DNA of 63,878 nucleotides, taken from contig JBEKXK010000006.1 of NCBI GenBank assembly GCA_049512055.1, positions 1-63,878 on the forward strand, given 5' to 3'. Of the stretch, positions 8,945 through 18,309 are shown one piece after another. The notes under the pieces are model-generated. The model was given only the letters and a program-made list of their open reading frames with translations. It ran no database searches and was not told the DNA's origin. The translations under genes were made by a program, and so were the position numbers. The first letter of the stretch is position 1. Each line of letters begins with the position of its first letter. Origin of the DNA: Syntrophales bacterium. Lineage in GTDB: Bacteria > Desulfobacterota > Syntrophia > Syntrophales > UBA2185.

Positions 8945-11831
8945 GTGGCAGCTCCCAAAGAAATCGTTGAATTAGTCGAGCGCTTTGAAAGCAACCGCAA
9001 GGATTATAAATCAGGCGGTTACAACGAGGCGCAATTGAGACAGGAGTTTATCGGCCCTTTTTTCAAGGCTCTCGGCTGGGACGTGGACAACACGGCCGGG
9101 CATGCTGAGGCATACAAGGACGTCATACATGAAGACGCAATCAAGATAGGCGGCGCTACCAAGGCCCCTGATTATGCCTTTCGCATCGGCGGCACACGAA
9201 AATTTTTTGTTGAAGCAAAAAAACCAGCGGTAAACATTTCCGAAGATGTAGCCTCCGCCTATCAACTGCGTCGCTACGCATGGTCTTCGAAACTTCCTCT
9301 TTCCATCCTCACTAATTTTGAAGAACTGTCCGTCTATGATTGTACCGTAAAGCCGAGCAACAAAGACAAGGCGTCCACCGGCCGCATACTGCATTTCGAT
9401 TACAGAACCTACTGCAAGAACTGGAGAGAGATCGTAGGAATATTCTCCAAGGATGCAGTTCTCAGAGGTTCGTTCGACCGGTACGCACAGTCTGCTGCCG
9501 GCCGCAAGAAAGGGACTGCCGGCGTTGATGATGCCTTCCTTGCCGACATTGATGAGTGGCGGCAGTCTCTGGCACAGAATATCGCCCTCCGCAATCCGAA
9601 GCTGACCCAACGGGATCTCAATTTTGCCGTAGGGAAAACAATCGACCGGATTATCTTCCTGCGCATCTGTGAAGACCGCGGTATCGAGCCATACGGCCAG
9701 CTCATGGCCCTTCAGAATGGTACGGGCATCTATAAGCGTTTGATCCAAATCTACTACAGCGCTGACGATAAATATAATTCCGGCCTCTTTCATTTCCGGC
9801 ATGAAAGAGATCGTTCCGAGCAGCCCGATGACCTGACGCTTAATCTCACCATAGACGATAAACCGTTGAAAGAAATTTTCAGCAGGCCTCTATTATCCCG
9901 ATAGTCCCTATGAGTTTTCTGTTCTTCCTGCCGATATCCTGGGTCATGTCTATGAGCAGTTTCTGGGGAAGGTCATCTACCTCACGGCGGGACACCGGGC
10001 CAAAGTCGAGGACAAACCGGAAGTCAAAAAGGCAGGCGGCGTCTATTATACGCCGACTTACATCGTCGACTATATTGTGAAGAATACGGTGGGCAAACTC
10101 GTTGAAGGGAAGAAGCCGAAGGGGGTTCAGAAGCTGAAGATACTTGATCCCGCCTGCGGCTCCGGCTCCTTCCTGATCGGCGCATATCAGTATCTTTTGG
10201 ACTGGCATCGTGACCGGTACATCGAAGATGGGCCTGAGAAATGGGTGAAGGGTCGAAATGCAGCGCTATGCCAGGTCATGCGCGGCGAATGGCGGTTAAC
10301 GACGGCTGAGCGGAAGCGTATCCTCCTAACTAACATCTACGGCGTGGATATTGACCCACAGGCCGTGGAGGTCACAAAGCTCTCACTCCTTCTCAAAGTT
10401 CTCGAAGGCGAAAACGAAGAGACCCTTGCCAATCAGATCAGGCTCTTCCACGAGCGCGCCCTTCCGGATCTGGGAAACAATGTCAAGTGCGGCAACTCAC
10501 TCATCGGCCCCGATTTTTACGACAACCAACAGTTAGGCTTCTTTGATGACGAAGAACGCTACCGCGTAAATGTCTTCGATTGGAAGAAAGAGTTCCTCGA
10601 AGTCTTCAACAATGGCGGCTTCGATGCTGTCATTGGAAATCCACCGTATGGATATATGATATCACGCGAACAACAACAATACCTTGCGAAGCATTACGAA
10701 CATCAAGATTATCAAAAGGATTTCTACCTTCTGTTCTTAGAGCGCTACAAGTTCTTCATAAAATATAACGGCCTTCTTGGTGTCATTGTATCTAACACTT
10801 GGCTTCAATCGGTGACGTTAAGGAAAATTAGACAGTATTTAACGAGCCGGTACCTTTGGCTAAGAATTCTATGCCTACAAGAAAAGGTGTTTCGGGCCAT
10901 TGTTGACACTCATGTTCTGATCTTTCAGAGAGTGGATCGCCTAGGTAAGGAGACGGGGTTCTTAAGCGTTGACTTTCGGTTAAATGGAACTATCTCAGAA
11001 AGCCATACGTTATCGTGGCAGGAAATACCCAACACTGGTGATCCAATAAATATAATCGCGAAGAGTGAAGCTCACGATTTATATGACAAGGTTCAACAGA
11101 TGTCTTTGTCCTTGTCAAGGATTTGCAGGGTATTCAATGGCGTCAAACCCTTTGAAAAAGGCAAAGGAAGCCCTCCCCAGACCGATCAGGTGCTGAAAGA
11201 GAAACCTTACGTGCGAGAAGGGGCAGCTCCCAATAAAAAATGGTCTCCGCTGTTGCGAGGGAGTCTAATTCATCGCTATACAAATCTGTGGAATCGAGAT
11301 TACTGGATTCAATATGGCCCTTGGCTTGCGGCCCCACGTGATCCCTCGATATTTGAAGCACCTTTGAAGATTGTTGTTCGCCAAACGGGTGATTCAATTA
11401 TTGGAACCTTGGTTGAACAAGGCTTCATAGCGCGCAACAACTTGCATGTATTGTTGCCAGAACATAATCCGTACAACCTTCGTTATGTCTTAGGAATAAT
11501 GAACTCCAAGTTAATGGATTTTATTTATACGATCATGAATCCCGAGAAAGGAGAAGCTCTAGCAGAAGTTAAAAAGAAACATGTCGAGCAACTGCCCATC
11601 CATGGCATTAATTTCTCCGACCACGCCGACAAAACGCACCACGACAAGATGGTAACATTAGTCGAACAGATGCTTTCGCTCAATAAGAAGCTGGCAGACG
11701 CAAAAACCGAACATGATAGAACCAACCTCCAGCGTCAGATCGACGCCACTGATCGCCAGATCGACCAGCTCGTTTATGAGTTGTATGGATTGACAGACGA
11801 AGAGATCAGTATTGTGGAGGGGAATGCATAG
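8945..11831 (+). pseudogene. Type IIG (Eco57I-like) restriction-modification fusion enzyme with a 1-nt frameshift
   Basis: NEAQLRQEFI and PDY..VEAKK nuclease motifs; GGVYYTP, ILDPACGSGSFL and IGNPPY N6-MTase motifs; TRD; C-terminal IDQLVYELYGLT. Removing one C at 9887-9888 joins KEIFSR to LYYPDSPYEFSVLPADILG and gives one continuous ORF. Confidence 0.85.
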
Positions 11832-11848
11832 TCGCGGGAGGAAGAAGA

Positions 11849-12067
11849 ATGAAAGATTATCACATCAATGTATTTTACAGTGAAGAAGATAGAGGGTATA
11901 TTGCCGATATACCAGATTTGAAACACTGTTCCGCTTTCGGTAACACTCAGGAAGAGGCTTTAAAAGAAGTATTAAAAGCAAAAGAAGCGTGGCTTGAAGT
12001 GGCTCGTAAACGGGGTAAACCAATACCGGAGGCACGGTATCGCCCGTTGATCTATCAAGTTGGGTAA
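11849..12067 (+). CDS. hicB: HicB-family antitoxin (short form, no DNA-binding domain)
   Basis: YIADIPDLKHCSAFGNTQEEAL...WLE...GKPIPE is the HicB partial RNase H fold pattern. Confidence 0.85.
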   Translation: MKDYHINVFYSEEDRGYIADIPDLKHCSAFGNTQEEALKEVLKAKEAWLEVARKRGKPIPEARYRPLIYQVG

Positions 12068-12092
12068 GTTCCACCAGCCTTTCCCTCTCACC

Positions 12093-12170
12093 ATGAAAGA
12101 ATTCATCTGTTTTGCCCATCGCGGCGCATCGGGGCATGAACTGGAAAACACGCTCGCGTGCCTACGCTGA
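12093..12170 (+). pseudogene. Truncated duplicate of the 5' end of the phosphodiesterase gene at 16051
   Basis: 12093-12157 matches 16051-16115 at 61 of 65 nt. Reads MKEFICFAHRGASGHELENTLACLR*. Confidence 0.88.
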
Positions 12171-12288
12171 TTTCTGCAAGTTAATATGTGATCGGAAGCA
12201 GCGTGCAAAAGGTGCAGCAACTTCTTTCTGTAACAAAGCATAAGGCAATTCTAACTCCGGTCCACCCTTTCGAACAGTAATCCTTATT

Positions 12289-12339
12289 GATTGAAGTCTT
12301 CAATCTTTCCGTTTCAAAAAAAAGTGGAAGATTTCAATC
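12289..12339. promoter_or_regulatory. Tandem palindromic operator-like sites upstream of the PAS kinase
   Basis: Perfect GATTGAAG-T-CTTCAATC (12289-12305) and degenerate AGTGGAAG-A-TTTCAATC (12323-12339). Confidence 0.55.
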
Positions 12340-12520
12340 GGCATTTGTGGTATTTTTTGGGCAATTAAGAACGATATTCCATAGTCAGAATTACCTTCCA
12401 AGCATCGGTAGCATCATAATTAGGATCACAACCCCCTTTTTCAGGGTGTGAGAAGAGTTTTTCCGCATGTAGCAATAGTTTCATCTGCAAGACCCATCTG
12501 GTAGAAAAGAGGACATTGTT

Positions 12521-15500
12521 ATGAAAGACGAGCGGAAGAAAAAAAAACAGCTCATCGATGAACTGATAACGCTCCGTAAACTTGTGGCGGAAAGTGAAGT
12601 ATCAAAGGACAAACATGAGTCCCATGATGATTTACTGTTGAAAAGCGGGGAGCGCTTCCGATATTTCGTGGAAAACGCCAATGACATCGTCTATTCCCTG
12701 ACGCCTGACGGGATCTTCACATATGCCTCCCCCAATTGGACGGAAATACTGGGGCATGACATCCACGAAGTTGTAGGCCAGTCATTTGAGTCCTTTGTGC
12801 ATCCCGAGGATATTCCTCTCTGTCGCGCATTCCTGGAACGGGTCGTAGCAACGGGGAAAAAGCAGGCTGGGGTCGAATATCGGGTGCGACACAAGACCGG
12901 CGCATGGCGGTGGCATACTTCGAATGCTTCGCCCCTACGTGATGCCGATGGTAACATTATTTCATATATGGGCATATCCCGTGACATCACCGAACGCAAA
13001 CGGACAGAGGAAGAACTCAGAGAGAACGAAGGGAAGTATAGATCCCTCTACCAGGAATTCCGCGGGATTCTCGATGCCATTCCGGACGGTCTGCTCCTAC
13101 TTTCGCCGGACTTGAAGATCGTTTGGGAGAATGAGGTGGCGAAGTCGGTGCATTTAGAGCATTCGGACATTAGCGATCCACGCTGTTACCATATAAAACA
13201 TGGGCGATCAGAACCCTGTGAATCATGTGTCGCGCCGGAGTGTCTTGCCTCAGGGCAGCCGAAAGTAGGAGAAAGCATAACTCCCGACGGAAGGATCTGG
13301 GAATTGCGCTTCTTCCCCGTCTTCGACGACAAGGGGGACGCAAAAGGAGTGATCGAGGTTGCACACAATATCACCGAGCGGAAAAAAGCGGAGGAGGCAC
13401 TGAGGGCATCGGAGAACCGATACCGGACCATCTTCGATACCACAGGGACCACCATGCTGATCGTTGAGGAAGATATGACGATTTCTCTTGTAAACCACGG
13501 ATTTGAAAGTCTGACCGGATACAAGCGGGAGGAGGTCGAAGGGAAGAAGAAGTGGACGGAGTTTGTTGAAAAGGGTGATTTAGAAAAGATGATCACGCAA
13601 CATCAGTTGCGAAGGGTAGATTCCGGTCTTGCGAAGAAGAGTTATGAGTTTCGACTTGTACACAGAGACGGTCGCCTGAAGAATATATTCTTAACCGTCG
13701 ATCTAATACCGGGTACGAAGAAAAGTGTTGCTTCTCTTATGGACATCACTGACCGCAGGCGGGCGGAGGAGGCGCTCCGGGAGAGCGAGGCACGGTACAA
13801 ACTGATCACAGACAACATGAGCGACACCGTATGGCTCATGGACATGGACCTGAAGACAACATGGTGCAGTCCATCTGTAGAGCGTAGCCGCGGGTACAGT
13901 TTCGAGGAAATTAAAGCCTTGCCGATGGAAAGGCATGTAACCCCGGCATCAATAGAAATTATTCTCAAAACGTTATCAGAGGAATTGACGCCGGAAAGGC
14001 TCCAGCAAAAGGATCTAAACATATTTAGAGAACTGGAGTTGGAATTTTACAAAAAGGATGGATCCACCTGTTGGAGTGAAGCCCGGTTTACACTCCTCAG
14101 GGATCCGCAGGGGAGTCCCATCGGCTTATTGGGTGTGGGACGTGACATCACAGAGCGCAAACGAGTGCAAGGGGCGTTGCGGGAGAGCGAGGAGAAATAC
14201 CGGGCAATCATCGAAAATATGCAAGAGGGCTACCATGAAGTGGACCTCAGAGGCAACTTTACATTCTTCAACGAGGCGACGTGCAAGATCATAGGTTACG
14301 ACAGAGAAGAACTGTTGGGGATGAATAACCGCCAATATGCAGATGAAGAAAATACCCGCAAGGTTTATCAAGTTTACAACCGGGTCTACCGAACCGGCGA
14401 ACCGGTAAAGAACTTTGAGTGGCAGATTATCAGGAAGAACGGTGATCGCAGAGATATGGAAATTTCCATATCACTCATCAAGGACGCGGATAATCATCCG
14501 ACCGGATTCCGGAGCGTCGTGCGCGACACCACCGATCGCAAGCGTGCGGATGCTCAGCGCAGATAAATGGAGGAACGTCTCCAGCGGGCGGAGAAGATGG
14601 AAGTGATAGGACTCCTGGCGGGAGGCGTGGCACACGATCTGAACAATGTTCTGGGTGTTGTCATTGGCTATTCTGAGATGCTCCTTATGGATGCTAATCA
14701 GTCAGGATCGATTAGACCCAGTCTCGTGAAAATTATGAACGGAGGACAGAAGGCTGCTGCGATTGTGCAGGATCTGCTGGCCCTGGCGAGAAGAGGGGTC
14801 TCCGGCAGAGAAGTTCTTAATCTGAACAAGATCATCGCTGAATGCCGGAAGTCGCCGGAGTTTGAGAAATTAGCTTCTTATCACCCCTCTGTAAAGATCG
14901 AGACCGATCTTGATCCGCGACTCTTCAATGTCTCCGGATCTTCCGTACATCTTGGCAAGACCTTATTCAACCTGGTTTCGAATGCGAGCGAAGCCATGCC
15001 GAGGGGCGGCATCTTGACCATCAAAACGGCCAATCAGTATCTGGCCGAGCCGATTCAGGGATATGATGAAGTCCGGGAAGGAGACTATGTTGTTCTCTCC
15101 GTATCCGATACGGGTGAAGGAATAGCGGCGGCTGATCTGAAACGCATCTTTGAGCCGTTCTACACAAAGAAGGTGATGGGGAGAAGCGGCACCGGCCTGG
15201 GGTTGGCGGTGGTATGGGGAACTGTGAAGGATCATAGAGGATACATTAACGTAGAGAGCGAAGAAGGGAAGGGGAGTGTCTTTACCATTTATTTCCCCGT
15301 AACGAGGGAAGACATCTCCGCTGAAGCTGCCGCCATATCAATGTCCGAATACATGGGGAAAGGCGAATCCATTCTCGTTGTGGATGATGTCGAGGAGCAG
15401 CGCGATCTTGCGGCAGGCATGCTTAGGAAGCTGAATTACAATGTAACGACTGTTTCCAGTGGCGAAGAAGCGATAGCGTACTTAAAGGAACATCAAGCTG

Positions 15501-15727
15501 ACTTGATGGTCCTGGACATGATTATGGATCCCGGTATAGACGGACTGGACACCTACAGGAATATCCTTAAAATCCATCAGAAACAGAAGGCGATTATCGT
15601 CAGCGGTTTCTCGGAGACGGCTCGGGTGATTACCACCCAGGCTCTCGGTGCGGGTGCCTACATAAGAAAACCCTATGTCATAGAGAAACTGGGGTTTGCC
15701 GTGAGGAGAGAGTTGGATAGAAAATAG
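12521..15727 (+). pseudogene. Five-PAS hybrid histidine kinase (PAS5-HisKA-HATPase-REC) interrupted by an in-frame TAA at 14564-14566
   Basis: Five PAS/PAC units ending in (D/N)(I/T)T(E/D)R, then AGA TAA ATG in the same frame, then AHDLNN, N box, DTGEG, FYTKK, GTGLG and a REC domain (VVDD, LDMIM, KP). Confidence 0.8.
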
Positions 15728-15791
15728 ATGGTGGCATATTCACCAGTACGAACCGTAATCGATGACTCTCAACGATACCATCGTTGTCATC

Positions 15792-15909
15792 GCCTAACAT
15801 CGGCTCCAGCGGACAGCGGCTATGCCGCTCGGAATCGGACGCGATCTTCAAGAAGTGGTGAGATGATGGGTAGTGGTCTTGTCCGCGCCGATGACACCTG
15901 TCGTTACAC
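15792..15909 (+). other. Degenerate attC-like integron recombination site
   Basis: Begins GCCTAAC (RYYYAAC core) followed by ATCGGCTCCAGCGG. Ends CCGATGACACCTGTC-GTTACAC with imperfect complementarity. 118 bp, located just after a stop codon. Confidence 0.4.
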
Positions 15910-15970
15910 TCTTTCAATCCGAAATCAATGGTGCCTAAGAAATCTCAACCTCTCGCTTTGTAGGTGCTAT

Positions 15971-16039
15971 GAGAAGAAACTGACTATGGCAAGAACAGAG
16001 CATGACAAGTCCGTCCTCAAGCATCAAATCGACACCACT
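15971..16039 (+). pseudogene. Remnant of the C-terminus of a second type IIG RM gene
   Basis: EKKLTMARTEHDKSVLKHQIDTT versus NKKLADAKTEHDRTNLQRQIDAT at 11682-11750: 13 of 23 residues identical, ungapped. Confidence 0.7.
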
Positions 16040-16050
16040 TTCCCCTCGCC

Positions 16051-16743
16051 ATGAAAGAATTCATCTGTTTTGCCCATCGCGGTGCATCAGGGCATGAACC
16101 GGAAAATACGCTCGCAGCAGTGGAGAAAGCTATTGCTCTTGGCGCTGATTGGATTGAAGTGGATGTGTATGCCGTTACGGGCGAGTTGATTGTCATACAC
16201 GATGAACGACTCGAGCGCACGACAAACAGCACAGGTTATGTCAGAGATACATCGCTTGCATACCTGCGTTCCCTCGATGCGGGGAGAGGTCAGCATATCC
16301 CCACCCTCCGTGAGGTCTTTGACTCTGTGGACGGTAAAGCTGGGATAAATATCGAGTTGAAGGGTGCTAAGACCGCAGGTTTGGCGGTTTCCCTGATCGA
16401 AGAGTATGTCAGGGAGCGGCAGTGGAATTATGAACAGTTCATAGTATCATCATTTAACCGCCGTCAATTAAGGAAGGTGAGGAAACTCAATCCCCATATC
16501 CGGATCGGTATTCTTATTAATCGTCCCCGGCGCCACTACGCGATATTTGCCCGGCGATATCGTGCATACTCTGTACATGCCCAAATCAATGTTGCCAGTG
16601 CACGATTTATTGCACGAGCCCATGAGCGCGGACTCAAGGTATTTGTGTATACAGTCAATAGCCCTGAAGAGATTGATAAATTGCAGGCATTGGGCGCTGA
16701 CGGGATATTCACCGACTTTCCTGAACTTGTCGTCAAGAGATAA
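16051..16743 (+). CDS. Glycerophosphodiester phosphodiesterase (UgpQ/GlpQ family)
   Basis: AHRGASGHEPENT, IEVDV, IVIHD, IPTL, NIELK, YTVN, DGIFTDFP. Confidence 0.93.
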   Translation: MKEFICFAHRGASGHEPENTLAAVEKAIALGADWIEVDVYAVTGELIVIHDERLERTTNSTGYVRDTSLAYLRSLDAGRGQHIPTLREVFDSVDGKAGINIELKGAKTAGLAVSLIEEYVRERQWNYEQFIVSSFNRRQLRKVRKLNPHIRIGILINRPRRHYAIFARRYRAYSVHAQINVASARFIARAHERGLKVFVYTVNSPEEIDKLQALGADGIFTDFPELVVKR

Positions 16744-16795
16744 CGGCCTCTGCAACGTTTCATATTGTCATTTCTACCGATGTGAGGGACATAAA

Positions 16796-16925
16796 TAAAT
16801 TCCTCACATTCGTTCGGAATCACAGTAAGTCTGGATTCCCGCTGGAGCCTGTCCTCGAATGTCCTTATCGGGGGCGGGAATGACAGACTTTTCTTTCTTG
16901 TCATTTCGAGTGAAACGAGAAATCC
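16796..16925. repeat. Nested REP cluster (GTCAT/ATGAC family) between convergent genes
   Basis: ATTCCTCACATTCGTTCGGAATCACA and the inverted TGTCATTTCGAGTGAAACGAGAAATC enclose CTGGATTCCCGC...GCGGGAATGACA, which itself carries the 22-mer shared with 7223-7244. Confidence 0.72.
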
Positions 16926-17006
16926 TTGTCCCGAGCAAAGTAGGAATAGCCGCCGCCGTAACCCCGAAGGAAGAGGGGATTATGACTGGTTGCGACGGGG
17001 GATGTG

Positions 17007-17972
17007 TCAGAAGCTCAAGGTGACAGTCAAGCCGCCGTAAAGGTAACTGCTATCGTTATCGGCCGGATTAGTCAATTTGCCACGGGCCTTGATCTCATTC
17101 TTTGCATCGTCAGACAGCGGGAATGAGTAGGATATGGTCGGGGCCACGGTCAGGTACTTTGCCACACTTATAGGGAGGCTTGCCGTGAGCACGCCATCAT
17201 GGAAATTACTGAATTTGTCGTTTGTCGCCTGGTAATTGTCATTGAACTTCGGATACCCACCATAAGATGAATTCACATTGTAGAGGGTTGCATCGGCATA
17301 GTCACTGAGCAAGTAGCTCGCGGATGCGCTCAATTGTAGCGAAACGGTCTTGTTGAATTCAAAGGTATGGGAAATCCCCAACAGGAAATAATACTGATGA
17401 TAATGATCAACTTCCTTATATGCAGTCAAAGTCGGAGAAAGGAGAGTATTAAGACCGAGAGTGACAAATACTTCCTGTGAATCAAGAGGTTTTTGAGCGC
17501 CGGCATTTGGCGCTCCCAGACCATAATAGATGTAACCAACACCGGCGTTTAAAATACCAAAAGTTTTGGTATAAGAGAGAGTAATATCCGTTTCCGTCCA
17601 GGTGCTGGAATAACTGGCGTTTGTTGTCGAGTAGGGCTTTGTATCAAGGTTTCCCCATATATTGGCGCTAAACCCTTTATAACCAACCGTCAGGGAGGGT
17701 TGAACTACAACGCTGTTTTTGGTGTTTTCATATCCACGCCATACATATTTTGACAAACCGGAAATGGATAACGAACCGGTGGGTTTATCTTCCGCAGGCG
17801 CAGCCGGAGCAGCGGCCTCTGTTGCAGGGGCAGGCGCTGCTGTCGCAGGGGCTGGAGTTGCTGCTGCGGGTTTCTGATCCTCAGCCAAAGTGGAGGCCAC
17901 ACCCATTGTCAGTAAGAGCAAAATCACAATCACACTTAAAGAAGCATTTCTCACGAAGATATATCTTTTCAT
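17007..17972 (-). CDS. Outer-membrane beta-barrel protein, TorF-like putative porin
   Basis: Signal peptide, Ala/Pro-rich linker, SKYVWRG..VVQP motif, ETDITLSY, C-terminal Phe. Start ATG 17972 behind GGAGG. Confidence 0.75.
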   Translation of the reverse strand: MKRYIFVRNASLSVIVILLLLTMGVASTLAEDQKPAAATPAPATAAPAPATEAAAPAAPAEDKPTGSLSISGLSKYVWRGYENTKNSVVVQPSLTVGYKGFSANIWGNLDTKPYSTTNASYSSTWTETDITLSYTKTFGILNAGVGYIYYGLGAPNAGAQKPLDSQEVFVTLGLNTLLSPTLTAYKEVDHYHQYYFLLGISHTFEFNKTVSLQLSASASYLLSDYADATLYNVNSSYGGYPKFNDNYQATNDKFSNFHDGVLTASLPISVAKYLTVAPTISYSFPLSDDAKNEIKARGKLTNPADNDSSYLYGGLTVTLSF

Positions 17973-18009
17973 CGCAATTCCTCCTGATCTGATTTTCGAA
18001 GTTTTATAA

Positions 18010-18026
18010 CTCAAGATATATGCCAG
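18010..18026 (-). promoter_or_regulatory. Candidate sigma-54 promoter for the porin gene
   Basis: Minus strand CTGGCATATATCTTGAG: correct -24/-12 spacing, but GA instead of GC at -12. Confidence 0.4.
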
Positions 18027-18309
18027 ATGTGAAAAGGTGCGTTAGCATCCATAATCGGTTGAATATGGAGACTATTTATCTTCTCTCTCTGTTGACTGAA
18101 AGTGCAACAAAGAAACAAAAATGTGATTTCTCTTTGGAGTGATAACAAAATTGTATGCCAATAAAAGTGATATGGCTTGCAGGATACAGAAGCCTTATGG
18201 ATTACTGGAAGTCAGGCGACTCACTTTTTTCCTTGAAAAAACGAAAGCGAATCCTTTATGGTAGCTTTGCTTTCTTGCCATGGGAAGTAATCCGATTTGA
18301 GGGAAATAA

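Noticed and set aside
9011-9802. 263-aa reverse-strand ORF (similar cases: 26347-27012, 34616-35365, 53455-54255, 55491-56267, 56570-57286)
   Set aside because: Antisense shadows of well-supported genes with no motifs of their own. The similarity of the last two simply mirrors the gctA duplication.
9865-9890. Programmed ribosomal frameshift or phase variation in the RM gene
   Set aside because: A +1 shift is needed. The nearby AAATTTT is not phased as a slippery heptamer and the extra base is in a CC dinucleotide, not a long tract.
14564-14566. Selenocysteine or pyrrolysine readthrough in the kinase
   Set aside because: The stop is TAA, not TGA or TAG, and it lies in a coiled-coil linker.
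15728-16054. 108-aa ORF as a real gene
   Set aside because: It runs through the attC-like sequence and the RM remnant, so it is better explained as a chance mosaic.
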